DNA of 64,000 nucleotides from an uncultured Chitinophagaceae bacterium (GTDB taxonomy: Bacteria; Planctomycetota; Planctomycetia; Pirellulales; UBA1268), in assembly GCA_964600785.1 (NCBI GenBank), contig CAZRKH010000005.1, positions 4,317 to 68,316 on the forward strand, read 5' to 3'. Made by a program: the position numbers and the translations under genes. Position 1 is the first letter of the stretch; every line of letters starts with the position of its first letter. Shown here one piece after another: positions 1 to 10,408 of the stretch. The notes under the pieces were generated by a model. That model saw only the letters and a list, made by a program, of their open reading frames with translations, searched no databases and had not been told where the DNA came from.

Positions 1-93
1 GATTTCCCCTTCGCATTCGGCCAGGCTCGCCGCGGCGGCCACGAACATGTCGCCGCTGATTCCGGCGGCCGGTTCGATGATGAGTGATCGCAT
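1..93 (-). CDS. larC: LarC-family nickel-insertion protein (DUF111), N-terminal fragment running off the window
   Basis: Reverse translation from the ATG at 93 gives MRSLIIEPAAGISGDMFVAAAASLAECEGEI. The GISGDM motif near the N-terminus is the hallmark of LarC/DUF111. It is not in the ORF track because only 31 codons are visible. Confidence 0.55.
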   Translation of the reverse strand, partial: MRSLIIEPAAGISGDMFVAAAASLAECEGEI

Positions 94-301
94 GGCGGCC
101 TCGGAAATCGGGGCGGGAAGCGGCGTGGTCGATATCCGCCGTCGAGGGATGGTTGTAACGGCCGCCAGGGGCGACTCCAAACCGGGCCGGTTTCCCGGCG
201 GCCGTCGCCGCGGCTATCTTCCGCGAAGCTTCTCGCAGAGTGTGCGACAGGTTCGCCGCCGCTGGAAATTCGAACCAGAACGGAACTGAAAGGCAGTCGC
301 C

Positions 302-1579
302 ATGCGGATCGTGATGATGACCAACACGTTTCTGCCGATGGTCGGCGGGGTGTCGCGGTCGGTGGCCTGGTTCAGCGAGGCCTTTCGCGAGGTCGGCCAC
401 GACGTGCTTGTGGTAGCACCGCAGTTTGACGGCAAGACCGACGGGGAAACGGATGTCGTGCGGATTCCCGCAATCCGCCACTTCAACGGCAGCGACTTCT
501 CCGTCGGCCTGCCGGTGCCGGGCATTCTGCTGCCGGTGCTCGAACAGTTCGACCCTGAAATCATCCATGCCCACCATCCCTTCCTGCTCGGTGACACGGC
601 ATTGCGGGTGGCGGCCAGTTTCAACATCCCGGCAGTCTTCACCCATCACACGATGTACGAGCAATACACCCACTATTTGCCCGGAAACTCCGAGGTGATG
701 CGGCACTTCGCGGTGCGTCTGGCCACCGAGTTCGCCAATCTCTGCGATTACGTGATCGCTCCGAGTGAGAGCGTCGAGGCGATCATCCGCAGCCGTGGCG
801 TGCTCACCCCGATCACCACCATTCCCACGGGAATCGACACTGCCGCCTTCGCCGAGGGCAGCCGCGAGGCGGGACGCCGTGCGGCAGGGCTGCCGGCAGA
901 CGCCGAGGTCGTGGGCCACGTGGGACGGCTGGCGGTCGAGAAAAATCTTCCCTTTCTCGCAGACGGTGTCGCGGCGGCGATTCGAAAGCGGCCGCGGGCC
1001 CGCTTCCTGGTGGTGGGCGAGGGGCCGGCCTCCGGAGTGGTTCGCGGGATTTTCGAGGCTGCCGGCTGCGGCAGACAATTGCTGCTGGCAGGGCGATTGG
1101 AGGGACAGGCTCTGGCCGACGCCTATGCCGCGATGGACCTCTTTGCCTTCGCCTCGCGATCGGAGACCCAGGGATTGGTGCTGGCCGAGGCGATGGCGGC
1201 AGGGCTGCCGGTGGTGGCTCTCGACGCACCCGGTGCTCGCGACGTCGTGGAAGATGGCCGCAACGGCCGGCTGCTTTCCGCGGAAAGCGGCGAGCAGGAA
1301 TTTGCCGCCGCGGTTGCCGGGCTGCTTGATGGCGGCGAATCTATTGAGCAGTTTCGCGAAGCCGCCCGCCGCACCGCCGCGGGATTCGACCGCAGGGGCT
1401 GCGGATCGCGGCTGCTCAACGTCTACCGACAGCTTCTCGGCAACGGCCACCGTGCCGCGGTAAGCGATCGATCACCTCTGGCGGCCGCCTGGCGACGTCT
1501 CGGCGAAGAGTGGGACATGCTCGCGGGCAAAAGTGCCGCGGCGGCCGATGCCCTGGCAGCCGCGTTTTTCAGCCGCTGA
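302..1579 (+). CDS. Glycosyltransferase, GT-B fold, group 1 (GT4-like)
   Basis: 425-aa ORF. The N-terminus MRIVMMTNTFLPMVGGVSRSV is typical of GT4. The C-terminal SRSETQGLVLAEAMAAGLPVVALDAPGARDVVEDGRNG matches the glycosyl transferase group 1 E-x7-E region. Confidence 0.85.
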   Translation: MRIVMMTNTFLPMVGGVSRSVAWFSEAFREVGHDVLVVAPQFDGKTDGETDVVRIPAIRHFNGSDFSVGLPVPGILLPVLEQFDPEIIHAHHPFLLGDTALRVAASFNIPAVFTHHTMYEQYTHYLPGNSEVMRHFAVRLATEFANLCDYVIAPSESVEAIIRSRGVLTPITTIPTGIDTAAFAEGSREAGRRAAGLPADAEVVGHVGRLAVEKNLPFLADGVAAAIRKRPRARFLVVGEGPASGVVRGIFEAAGCGRQLLLAGRLEGQALADAYAAMDLFAFASRSETQGLVLAEAMAAGLPVVALDAPGARDVVEDGRNGRLLSAESGEQEFAAAVAGLLDGGESIEQFREAARRTAAGFDRRGCGSRLLNVYRQLLGNGHRAAVSDRSPLAAAWRRLGEEWDMLAGKSAAAADALAAAFFSR

Positions 1580-1631
1580 GGCCCCGCCGGCGGTTTCCAG
1601 AGGGTATGGTTGGACAACAGGGAGTCTTTGT

Positions 1632-2252
1632 ATGAGCTATGCGTCACACCTCAGCGAGCCCAGCCGGGTGCCGCGACTCACGTGGCAACTGCTGCCGGGC
1701 CTCCTCTTGGCCCTGCTGCTGGCGGGCGGAACCGCAACCGCCGTCGAGCCGTTCCCTGCCGACGTGGAAACGGCAAAACTCGACCGCTCCACGATCTATC
1801 GCTACGACCCGATCCACGAGCAGCTCTGGCCGATTCCGGTCAAATCGCTCGAGCCGGGCTCAATCTACAAGCGGTACAGCCCACGGCTCGACCGCTGGGT
1901 CTGGAGCCAGGCCGCCAAGGACGGAGCGATGCGGTATGCCTTCGGCCCCGGTTCAATCCAGCCGGCGGAGCGGTTCCATCTCACCGTCAGCCAGGAGGAG
2001 GGCCTGCGTGAGCTTGAAATCCGGGCCCCCGAACTTGCCCGCCGGCTTGAAATCCAAGGTGGCGCGGTGGTGATGCGACTCAACGCTGACGGCCGCTGGC
2101 AGCTCTACCCAAGCTCGTGCGGACCACGAATCTTTGACGAAATCAGCGGACGCCGCTGGGAGTGGCACGGCCCTGACCGTCATGCCGTGGTCCACAAAGG
2201 GGGTGATCGCTGGCGGTTTGTCGATGGCGACTACCGGCCCGCCGGCCGCTGA
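1632..2252 (+). CDS. Hypothetical secreted protein
   Basis: Part of ORF 1533..2252. The in-frame ATG at 1632 gives a signal-peptide-like N-terminus (RLTWQLLPGLLLALLLAGGTATA). I recognise no domain. Amino-acid composition is normal, unlike the overlapping frames. Confidence 0.55.
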   Translation: MSYASHLSEPSRVPRLTWQLLPGLLLALLLAGGTATAVEPFPADVETAKLDRSTIYRYDPIHEQLWPIPVKSLEPGSIYKRYSPRLDRWVWSQAAKDGAMRYAFGPGSIQPAERFHLTVSQEEGLRELEIRAPELARRLEIQGGAVVMRLNADGRWQLYPSSCGPRIFDEISGRRWEWHGPDRHAVVHKGGDRWRFVDGDYRPAGR

Positions 2253-2273
2253 TCTCCGCGACGCCCTGCCGGC

Positions 2274-3371
2274 TCAACCGCTTGTTCGCCGCGGGCCATG
2301 TTCGCTGACGAACAGCTTGCCGATCATGTCGAGCGGCAGCACGACGTCGGCGAGCCCCGCCTCGATCACCGCCTTGGGCATGCCGTAGACCGCGCAGCTT
2401 GCCTGGTGCTGGGCGACCACCATGCCCCCGGCCTCCTTGACCAGACGGCATCCGGCGGCCCCGTCACGGCCCATCCCGGTCAGCACCGCGGCAGTGACAC
2501 CCGATCCGTAGGCCTCGGCGAGGCTCTCGAGGAGCCGGTCATACGAAGGCCGGCAGCCGTGCAGCGGCGGTTCATCAGCCAGCCGGCAGACATGTCTGCC
2601 ACCATTTGCCGCGACCCTCAAGTGGAATCCAGCCGGTGCCATGTAGACCGTGCCCGCGACGACCCGAAGGCCGTCGGTCGCCAGCCGCACCGGAAAGGTC
2701 GCCATCTCGTCGAGCCGCGCCGCCAGTGATTCGATGAACTTCAAAGGCATGTGCTGGACCACGAATACGGGCACCGACGGAGCCGAGGTAAGCTGGGACA
2801 GGATCACTCGCAACGCCGCCGGACCGCCCGTTGATGCCCCGATGGCGATGCAGCCACCGGAAGGCTTTCTGGCGGCGTCTGTGTTGCCGGCCGCGGTCGG
2901 GGTGGTGAGTCGCGGCGACTTTCGGCCCGCGGCTTTGCTTTCAATGATTTCCCCCAGGCGAACCGCCAGGGCCCTGCCGATCTCGTTGCGGGCGATGTGC
3001 GGCGGCATGCCGAGCGGCTTGAGAATGCAGTCAAACGCCCCGAGCAGGAGAGCGTCGACGGTGGCCGCCGCTTTCTCCTCGGCGGTACTGCTGACGACCA
3101 CGACCTGCGTCTCGAGCTTCCGCCGCTTGATCTCTCGCAGCACGCCGAAGCCGTCGAGATTTGGCATCACCAAATCGAGCGTCACCACATCGGGCTGGAG
3201 GTCGGCGATCATCGCAATCGCCTCGACCCCGTCAGCTGCCGTGCCGACAACCTCGGCTCCTGAGATGCCGGCCACGAGGTTGACAAGCATCTGCCGGTAG
3301 AGGGCCGAGTCGTCGACGACAAGCACCCCGAGAGGTTGTGCTGCAGAAGAATTGTGAAGGGGGTCAGCCAT
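2274..3371 (-). CDS. cheB: Chemotaxis response regulator protein-glutamate methylesterase
   Basis: Receiver domain (LGVLVVDDSALYRQ...DVVTLDLVMPNLDG) followed by a methylesterase domain (IAIGASTGGPAAL, VQHMP, GMGRDGA). The start is chosen at MADPLHN. The ORF extends to 3476. Confidence 0.9.
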   Translation of the reverse strand: MADPLHNSSAAQPLGVLVVDDSALYRQMLVNLVAGISGAEVVGTAADGVEAIAMIADLQPDVVTLDLVMPNLDGFGVLREIKRRKLETQVVVVSSTAEEKAAATVDALLLGAFDCILKPLGMPPHIARNEIGRALAVRLGEIIESKAAGRKSPRLTTPTAAGNTDAARKPSGGCIAIGASTGGPAALRVILSQLTSAPSVPVFVVQHMPLKFIESLAARLDEMATFPVRLATDGLRVVAGTVYMAPAGFHLRVAANGGRHVCRLADEPPLHGCRPSYDRLLESLAEAYGSGVTAAVLTGMGRDGAAGCRLVKEAGGMVVAQHQASCAVYGMPKAVIEAGLADVVLPLDMIGKLFVSEHGPRRTSG

Positions 3372-3555
3372 ACGACGCCGATCATCAGGTCGTTCAAATT
3401 CTACCATCGTGGCTGCACGACCCTCGAAATCCCACCAGCCCCATCCGGAGTTTCCGGCGGGGCGAAGTTTTCGCATCAGGCGGTTTGCTCGGGCAAAAAC
3501 GGCGGGCTATACCAACATCGGACGAATTTTTGACGAAACGGTCATCAAGATTTCC

Positions 3556-4080
3556 ATGAACGATGCATCCCCGACAACCAATGAGAACAACCTCGTTTCC
3601 GGGCGTAGCGGCGTGCCGCAGTTCGTGGGATTCCTCATCGCCGGTCAACACTACCTTTTTCGCATCGAGAAAATACAGGAAATCATCATGCCCGCGGCGG
3701 TCGCCGGCGTGCCGGAGGTGCCGTCGTATGTGGAGGGAGTCAGCAACCTCCGGGGCACGATCATCCCGATCATCAACCTGCGGTCCCTCTTCGGGCTCGA
3801 TCATCGCGAGGCGGATGTCGAAACCCGCACGATCGTGGTCAATGTCGGCTCGAGGACGCTCGGCTGCACCGTTGACGCGGTCTCCCGGGTGATGCGGATT
3901 CCGCCCGACCAGATTCAGCCGGCGGCGGAGGCGGCGGCGACAACGGCCAGGTTTGTCGAGGGATTTGCCCATGTCGACGAAGACCTGCTGATCCTGCTCG
4001 ACGTCGAGCAGCTTCTCGATCCCGCAAGGCTCGACGAAGTCCACCGTGCGAGCATCCGCATGCCACCCACGACCGCTTGA
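3556..4080 (+). CDS. cheW: Chemotaxis coupling protein CheW
   Basis: [24 protein letters not shown]...[26 protein letters not shown]...[11 protein letters not shown] is a typical CheW domain. ATG at 3556 (MNDASP). Confidence 0.9.
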   Translation: MNDASPTTNENNLVSGRSGVPQFVGFLIAGQHYLFRIEKIQEIIMPAAVAGVPEVPSYVEGVSNLRGTIIPIINLRSLFGLDHREADVETRTIVVNVGSRTLGCTVDAVSRVMRIPPDQIQPAAEAAATTARFVEGFAHVDEDLLILLDVEQLLDPARLDEVHRASIRMPPTTA

Positions 4081-4127
4081 TCACCCCCATCACAACTTCC
4101 GCCCCGATGCTTCGGAGTCATTTTCTC

Positions 4128-5834
4128 ATGCCAAGCCGCAACCAGACGTCGCCCAACCAGATTGTCAACGCTCTCGACCGATCGATGGCCCGGGTGGAGT
4201 TTGCCCTCGACAGTACGATCCTCGGGGCCAACGACAATTTTCTCACATTGACCAAGTACACGCTCGATGAGATTCGTGGTCAGCCACATTCCATCTTTGT
4301 CGACGACGAAACAAAGGAGAGCAGCAAATACCGCGAGTTCTGGTCGAGGCTCGGCGGGGGTGAGTTTCAGTCCGGTGAATTCAAAAGAATTTCAAAGTCG
4401 GGCATGCCCGTCTGGATCCAGGCCACCTACAACCCGCTCTTCGATCAGCGAGGACGGCTGGTCGGCGTGGTCAAATACGCCGTTGACATCACCGAGGCGG
4501 TGATTGCCCGCGAGTCTGATCGGGAAATGCAGCGTCGCTACACCGAGATGGTGCAGCACACGAGCGTGCAGATGATTCTCGCCGACCGCGAGTTGAAGAT
4601 CGTCTACTTGAATCCCGCCTCGGTCGAGGCGCTGCGGAAGCTCCAGCATCTGCTTCCCTGCCCGGTCGACCAAATGGTCGGTCAGTCGATCGACATCTTT
4701 CACCGGCACCCCGAACGACAGCGGGCAATCGTGATGGATCCGGCCAACCTGCCCCATCGGGCGGAGATCAAGCTCGGCGATGAAACGCTCGATTTGAGCG
4801 TGACAGCCCTCACCGACCGCCGTGGCCACTACATGGGGCCGCTGTTGACCTGGAGCGTGATCACCGACAAGAAGCGGGCCCAACAGCGAGAGGCGGAACA
4901 ACGGCGACTCATCGATGAGCGGGCCGCCGACATCGAGAACAAGGTCCGGCTGCTGGCAGACGTCTTCACCTCAGCCTCCGAGGGCAATCTGACCCGCGAG
5001 ATCGGCTACACCGACGACGACGACATGGGCCGCCTGGCCGATCATGCCCGCACGATGTTCGCCGATCTGCGGAATCTCGTGCGGCAGATCTCCGAAGCAT
5101 CCGACCAGCAGAACGAAGGGGCTCGCATGATCGCCGAGAGTTCCGGCGGACTCAGCGAGGGGTCGCAGTCGCAGGCAGCGAGCGTCGAGGAGATGACCGC
5201 GGCGGTGGAACAGCTCGTCGGCTCGATCGATGCGATTTCCAAGGCTGCCAACGACTCACGCCAGCAGGCGGAGGAAACCTCGGCCGCCGCCCGTGAGGGC
5301 GGATCTGCCGTGACCGATGCGATCAATTCGATGACGCTGATACGCAGGTCGAGCGAGCAGATCAACGAGATCATCGAGGTGATCAGCGAGATCGCGAGAC
5401 AGACCAACCTGCTCGCTCTGAATGCCGCCATCGAAGCGGCCCGGGCGGGTGAGCACGGCCTCGGTTTCGCCGTGGTGGCCGACGAGGTTCGCAAGCTCGC
5501 CGAGCGGTCGAGCGAGGCCGCCAAGGAGATCACGACACTCATCAAGGAGTCGAGCAAGCGGGTCCAGGAGGGGGCCTCGCTCTCGGAACGGGCCGGCGAG
5601 TCGCTGCAGCGGATCGTGACAGCCTCGCGGCGGACAGCCGAACAGGTGGCCTCGATTGCCTCGGCAACCGAGGCCCAGTCGGCCAATGCCGGCGAGGTGA
5701 AAATCGCGATCCGTTCGGTCTCCCAGACCACCGAGTCAAACGCGGCCAGCGCCGAAGAGCTCGCCGCAAGCGCCGAGGAACTCGGCGCCCAGGCCCAGGG
5801 GCTCCGCGACCTCGTCAAGCGGTTCACGATCTAA
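4128..5834 (+). CDS. Soluble methyl-accepting chemotaxis protein with N-terminal PAS domains
   Basis: The C-terminal signalling domain carries the highly conserved [41 protein letters not shown] hairpin. The N-terminal half has PAS-like segments ([38 protein letters not shown]...). No hydrophobic transmembrane segments are seen. The start is uncertain: TTG 4077 overlapping the cheW stop, ATG 4107, or ATG 4128 with GGAG upstream. Confidence 0.9.
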   Translation: MPSRNQTSPNQIVNALDRSMARVEFALDSTILGANDNFLTLTKYTLDEIRGQPHSIFVDDETKESSKYREFWSRLGGGEFQSGEFKRISKSGMPVWIQATYNPLFDQRGRLVGVVKYAVDITEAVIARESDREMQRRYTEMVQHTSVQMILADRELKIVYLNPASVEALRKLQHLLPCPVDQMVGQSIDIFHRHPERQRAIVMDPANLPHRAEIKLGDETLDLSVTALTDRRGHYMGPLLTWSVITDKKRAQQREAEQRRLIDERAADIENKVRLLADVFTSASEGNLTREIGYTDDDDMGRLADHARTMFADLRNLVRQISEASDQQNEGARMIAESSGGLSEGSQSQAASVEEMTAAVEQLVGSIDAISKAANDSRQQAEETSAAAREGGSAVTDAINSMTLIRRSSEQINEIIEVISEIARQTNLLALNAAIEAARAGEHGLGFAVVADEVRKLAERSSEAAKEITTLIKESSKRVQEGASLSERAGESLQRIVTASRRTAEQVASIASATEAQSANAGEVKIAIRSVSQTTESNAASAEELAASAEELGAQAQGLRDLVKRFTI

Positions 5835-5867
5835 GCCACCGACGCGGGCAAAAACTCCGGGCAGGTT

Positions 5868-6692
5868 TTGATGGAATTGATCAGGCTTACTCAGGATGAG
5901 TTCGACCGGTTTCGCAGCTTCATCTACGACGCGACCGGAATTCGGATGGCTGACGGAAAGATCACGCTCCTTTCCAACCGGATTCGGCGGCGGCTGCGAA
6001 GCCTGGGCGTCGAGAGTTTCGAGGAGTATTACCGGCAGCTGGTCTGTGGCTCGCTGCCTGGCGAGCTCGAGCATTTCATCGACGCGATCACGACCAATGA
6101 AACCCATTTCTTTCGTACTGACCAGCACTTCGAATGGTTTCGCGAAAGCTTCCTGCCGGAGCGGATGGCCCGCAGCCGTCCCCATGAGCGGACGCTGCGA
6201 GTCTGGTCGGCCGCGTGCAGCTCCGGCGAGGAGCTTTACACGCTTGCGATGGTGATCCACGAAGCGACTGGCCGGCTGGCCGGCGGGCGGGTGTCGCTAC
6301 TGGGGACCGACATCAATGAATCGATGCTCGCAGCGGCCCGCCGCGGTGTCTTTCCCGAGCGGTCCCTGGAGCAGGTTCCAGATGACCAGAGGAGAAGATA
6401 CTTCTCCAGGGAAGCCGGGGGGGAGTGGGCGATCGATCAGCGGCTGGTCGGGATGTGTGAATTCCGACGTCACAACCTGCTCGAGCCTTTTTCGGGGCCC
6501 AAGCAGGACTGCATCTTCGTCCGCAACGTATTCATTTATTTTGACCGCCAATCGAAGGAAAGGGCCGTCGCCAACCTGATCGACGCTCTTGCTCCGGGAG
6601 GATCACTGGTCGTGGGCCCGTCCGACGGCGTCTACGAACTCCTGGGCGATCTCGTGAAGAAGTCGATCTTTCTCTACGAAAAGCCGAGCTGA
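5868..6692 (+). CDS. cheR: Chemotaxis protein methyltransferase CheR
   Basis: 274 aa. LTQDEFDRFRSFIYDATGI...NETHFFR...LRVWSAACSSGEELYTLAM...IFVRNVFIYFD are typical CheR N-terminal and SAM-binding domains. Confidence 0.9.
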   Translation: MMELIRLTQDEFDRFRSFIYDATGIRMADGKITLLSNRIRRRLRSLGVESFEEYYRQLVCGSLPGELEHFIDAITTNETHFFRTDQHFEWFRESFLPERMARSRPHERTLRVWSAACSSGEELYTLAMVIHEATGRLAGGRVSLLGTDINESMLAAARRGVFPERSLEQVPDDQRRRYFSREAGGEWAIDQRLVGMCEFRRHNLLEPFSGPKQDCIFVRNVFIYFDRQSKERAVANLIDALAPGGSLVVGPSDGVYELLGDLVKKSIFLYEKPS

Positions 6693-6696
6693 GGCA

Positions 6697-8862
6697 ATGA
6701 TGAGCGACTTCCGATTCTCCAACTCGATGCAGCCCGACGAGATGGGTGAGTACCTGCAGCTTTATCTCGACGAAACCGAGGAGCAGCTCGACAGCCTGGT
6801 CGAGGTCTTCCTGCATCTGGAGCAGAATCCGACCGAGCCCGAGGGCCTCCGAGAGGCATTTCGGCTGGTGCATTCAATCAAGGGATCTTCGGCGCTGCTG
6901 GGCTTTGACGAGATCACGGCCCTCACGCACTTCCTCGAGACGCATTTCGACCGGCTCCGCGCGGGCGAGCGGCTCCTCGACACGGCCACGATCAATGTCG
7001 TCCTGCGGGCGATCGATTTCCTGCGGGAGTCTGCCGCCAAGCTGAGGGCCGGAGGCGAACTGCCGCGAGCCGGAAGCCTGCTGGATGAGGTCAAGGCCCT
7101 CGAGGGGAGTTCCCTCGCGGAATCTGATCCACCGCAGCCCGACGGAGATCGGGCCTGGCACGTTGTCGTGGAGCTCGAGCGGGGCCTGCCAATGGCCGGC
7201 ATGAAAGCCGAATTGATCCTCACGAGGCTCACCAAGCTCGGACGGCTCACCGACTGCCAGCCGCCCCGCGAGTCGCTCGGCGGTCTCGACCTGCTTGATC
7301 ACTTCGAATTCGTGCTCCTGACCGCGGCCAGCGAATCAGAGATTCGCACGACAGCCGGAGCCGACGGCGTGGCAGACCTGCAGCTGAAGCCGACAGACGC
7401 GGCAGAAGCCGTCGCGGAATCGCCGGCCATCTCCGCCGAAGTCGCGGAGCATCACGTGCAGGCCGTCCCCAGGCCAGCTGCGGTCGCAGAGACCGTGCGG
7501 GTCGATGTCGAACGGCTCGACCTTCTGCTCAACCAGACCGGTGAACTGGTCACCAGCCGGGCCCGGCTCGCGCAGCTCACCGATCAGCTCAGCGCGTTGT
7601 TCCGCAAGGACCGTCGGGCGGAGGCTTTCATCTCGCTCGTCGAAGGCCTGCGCGGCCTTCATTGCCGGCTCGCGTCAGGCGAACTTGCCGACGGCGTGCA
7701 AGGCCTCGAGGAACTCGCTTCGCAGCTCGAGGCCCTCGAATCACGGCTCCACGACTGGGATGCCGGGCGGCAGACGTACAGCGAGCTGGTTGAGGCGGTC
7801 GACCGGCTCGGGCAGGTCGCCAATACCCTGCAGCGGAGCATGCTGGGGACGAGGATGGTGCCCGTGGGGCCGCTGTTTGGTCGCTTCAAGCGATCGGTAC
7901 GCGATATCGCGGCCGAACTCGGCAAGCAGGTCCAGTTCGAACTGCACGGGGAATCGACCGAACTCGACAAGCGAATGATCGACGAAATCGGCGACCCGCT
8001 CAACCATCTGATCCGCAACTGCATCGATCACGGGGTCGAGTCGGCCGCCGACCGCCTCCGGCAGGGCAAGCCGCAGGATGCCATGATCAGGCTCTCCGCG
8101 TCGCATCGCGGCAGCAACGTGTTCATCACCGTCGAGGATGACGGCCGCGGGGTCGACACCAATCGCGTGAAGCGACTGGCAATCGAACGCGGCCTGCTCT
8201 CCCGCGAGACCGCCGATTCGCTTTCCGAAAACGACCTGGTGGAGCTGATCTTCCATCCCGGCTTCAGCACGGCCGAGGCCGTGTCGGGGCTTTCCGGCCG
8301 CGGGGTCGGGATGGACATCGTGCGGACGAAGATCGCCCGGCTCAACGGTGGCATCGAGGTCGATTCGACACGTGGCGTGGGCACCCGTTTCACGATTCGC
8401 CTGCCCCTGACACTCACCATCACCCGCTGCATGCTTTTTCAAATGGCTCACGGCGTACTTGCGATTCCGATCGATCAGGTGCGGGAAATTGCTCCGCTCG
8501 ACGGCCAGAGGCGGATCATCGTCGGGGGCCGGGAGATGTGCGACATCCGCAACGAACTCATTCCGCTGACGACGGTCGATGAACTGTTTGACTGGCCGCG
8601 GGCTGCCGTCCCCTCGGACCTTCCGCTTCATCTGGTTGTGCTCCAGGCGAACGGGCGTTTCCTGGGGCTGGTGGTGGAATCTTTGCTGGGAGGGCAAGAC
8701 CTGGTGGTCAAGTCACTTGACGAAAATTTCATCCACATTCGCGGGCTCGGCGGCGCGAGCATCCTCGGAGATGGATCGGTCTGCCTCTTGCTTGATGTCG
8801 CCACCTGCATGGAACTCGCCGGCGGCGCGCCTGTAACCGCCGATGTCTTCGTCGAACAATGA
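6697..8862 (+). CDS. cheA: Chemotaxis histidine kinase CheA
   Basis: 721 aa. It has an Hpt domain (FRLVHSIKGSSALLGF), a dimerisation region, an HATPase domain (HLIRNCIDHG...DDGRGVD...GRGVGMDIV) and a C-terminal CheW-like domain. Confidence 0.95.
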   Translation: MMSDFRFSNSMQPDEMGEYLQLYLDETEEQLDSLVEVFLHLEQNPTEPEGLREAFRLVHSIKGSSALLGFDEITALTHFLETHFDRLRAGERLLDTATINVVLRAIDFLRESAAKLRAGGELPRAGSLLDEVKALEGSSLAESDPPQPDGDRAWHVVVELERGLPMAGMKAELILTRLTKLGRLTDCQPPRESLGGLDLLDHFEFVLLTAASESEIRTTAGADGVADLQLKPTDAAEAVAESPAISAEVAEHHVQAVPRPAAVAETVRVDVERLDLLLNQTGELVTSRARLAQLTDQLSALFRKDRRAEAFISLVEGLRGLHCRLASGELADGVQGLEELASQLEALESRLHDWDAGRQTYSELVEAVDRLGQVANTLQRSMLGTRMVPVGPLFGRFKRSVRDIAAELGKQVQFELHGESTELDKRMIDEIGDPLNHLIRNCIDHGVESAADRLRQGKPQDAMIRLSASHRGSNVFITVEDDGRGVDTNRVKRLAIERGLLSRETADSLSENDLVELIFHPGFSTAEAVSGLSGRGVGMDIVRTKIARLNGGIEVDSTRGVGTRFTIRLPLTLTITRCMLFQMAHGVLAIPIDQVREIAPLDGQRRIIVGGREMCDIRNELIPLTTVDELFDWPRAAVPSDLPLHLVVLQANGRFLGLVVESLLGGQDLVVKSLDENFIHIRGLGGASILGDGSVCLLLDVATCMELAGGAPVTADVFVEQ

Positions 8863-9476
8863 CCCACGCATCCCCGAGGTTTTCCATGCAGCCGCATGCC
8901 CTCTCCCGACAGAGCGAACTCTTCAAACAGGCTGCAGCCAAGGCCTCCGAGGCGATGTCAAAATGGCTCGGTCGCCCGGCGCGAATCGAGGTCAATCTCG
9001 TCTCGTCGCTGCCCCTGGCCGAGGCGGAAAATGTGCTTGGCAGCGGAGACGCACCGTTGGTGGCATGCGTGATGCACATTCGCGGCATGTTTTCCGGCCT
9101 GCTCGTACTCACCAGCGACGACTCGAGCGGCCTGTCACTGGCCGATCTGCTTCTCGGCCGGGAGCCCGGCAGCAGCCGTGAATGGACGGAAATCGAACGG
9201 TCGGCCGCGGTTGAAACCGCCAACATCATCGGCTGCGCCTATCTCAACTCGATGGCGTCAGACCCAGCGACCGGTGCCGCCGAGGCAGGCGGCGGGCTTT
9301 TGCCCTCGCCACCGACGTTTCTCCGAGACTACGCCGCGGCGGTGATGGAGGGCATTCTGATGGTGCAGGCCTCCCATGCCGAGCACATCTTTCTCACGCA
9401 AACCCGCCTCGAGGTCGATCGGATGCCCGGCCACTGTTCGTTGCTGTTTATTCCCGAGGCCGACTCGGGGGCCTGA
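8859..9476 (+). CDS. cheC: CheC/CheX-family chemotaxis phosphatase-like protein
   Basis: ATGA start/stop overlap with cheA. It contains the CheC-type E-x2-N motif (ERSAAVETANIIGCAYLNSMA). Its position directly upstream of cheD is as in CheC-CheD pairs. Confidence 0.65.
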   Translation: MTHASPRFSMQPHALSRQSELFKQAAAKASEAMSKWLGRPARIEVNLVSSLPLAEAENVLGSGDAPLVACVMHIRGMFSGLLVLTSDDSSGLSLADLLLGREPGSSREWTEIERSAAVETANIIGCAYLNSMASDPATGAAEAGGGLLPSPPTFLRDYAAAVMEGILMVQASHAEHIFLTQTRLEVDRMPGHCSLLFIPEADSGA

Positions 9477-9516
9477 TCACGCCGAGCGACCTTTTTCCCT
9501 TCCGGATTCGTCAGCC

Positions 9517-9987
9517 GTGTTTTTCAACGATGCGATCGGGATGGGTGAGATCGGCGTGGGCCGCGAAAGCGGTACCCTGCGGACGTTCGTGGGCTCGTGT
9601 GTCGCGGTGGCACTCTACGACCGCCGGCGAAAGATCGCCGGCATGGCCCATGTGATGGTGCCCGATTCACGAGGCCTCGGAGGGCAGCCTGGTCGATTCG
9701 CCGATACCGCGGTGCCGGAAATATTGCGGCGGCTTGCCGAACTGTGTCGGGGTGAGTCACCCCGGTGCTTGGCAAAGCTCGCCGGCGGCGCGAAGATGTT
9801 CACGTTTCAGGCTGGTATCCCGATCGGCGAGCAGAATGTGATGATGATTGAGCGGATCCTCGAGCAACTTGACATTCCGATCGTCGCGAATTGCTGTGGG
9901 GGAGAGCAGGGTCGACGGGTTTCTCTCGATGTCGCCACGGGCATGATGACCGTCGAGACACTCGGGGCGGAGCCGATTCGGCTATGA
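9517..9987 (+). CDS. cheD: Chemoreceptor glutamine deamidase CheD
   Basis: LRTFVGSCVAVALYDRRRKIAGMAHVMVP...FADTAVPEILRRL...AKLAGGAKMF...IGEQNV...GGEQGRRVSLDVATG is the CheD family pattern with the catalytic Cys. Start at GTG 9517 or ATG 9541. Confidence 0.85.
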   Translation: MFFNDAIGMGEIGVGRESGTLRTFVGSCVAVALYDRRRKIAGMAHVMVPDSRGLGGQPGRFADTAVPEILRRLAELCRGESPRCLAKLAGGAKMFTFQAGIPIGEQNVMMIERILEQLDIPIVANCCGGEQGRRVSLDVATGMMTVETLGAEPIRL

Positions 9988-10021
9988 CAGGCACCAGCTT
10001 TTTTCAGAGAACCAAGCCCCG

Positions 10022-10408
10022 ATGAACGCTTTCGCCAAACGCCTCCTCGTCGTCGACGATGCCCTGATCATGCGGGCGATCATCAAGGATGCGGCCCGGC
10101 AGGCCGGCTGGGAGATCGTCGGCGAGGCGGCCACCGGCAGCGAGGCCGTGGCCAAATTCGACGAACTGCGGCCCGACCTGACCACCCTCGACATCGTGAT
10201 GCCGGAAATGGACGGCGTCGAGGCCCTGCGGGTGATCCGGCGAGAGCACCCCGATGCCCGCATCGTGATGATCACGGCAATCGACCAGAGGGCCAAACTT
10301 GAAGAGTGCATCCGGCTTGGAGCGATCGACTTCGTGGTCAAACCGTTCGAGAAAGACCGCCTGCTGTCCCTGTTTTCCGGCTACCTTCCCAAGGAATCGA
10401 GCACGTGA
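10022..10408 (+). CDS. cheY: Single-domain chemotaxis response regulator CheY
   Basis: 128 aa. RLLVVDDALIMR...DLTTLDIVMPEMDG...ITA...DFVVKPF are canonical receiver residues. Confidence 0.9.
   Translation: MNAFAKRLLVVDDALIMRAIIKDAARQAGWEIVGEAATGSEAVAKFDELRPDLTTLDIVMPEMDGVEALRVIRREHPDARIVMITAIDQRAKLEECIRLGAIDFVVKPFEKDRLLSLFSGYLPKESST

Noticed and set aside
255-280. TTCGAACC string resembling a tRNA T-loop in the larC/glycosyltransferase intergenic region
   Set aside because: I could not build a complementary T-stem, acceptor stem or anticodon arm around it. The same applies to GTTTCGAAC at about 10631.
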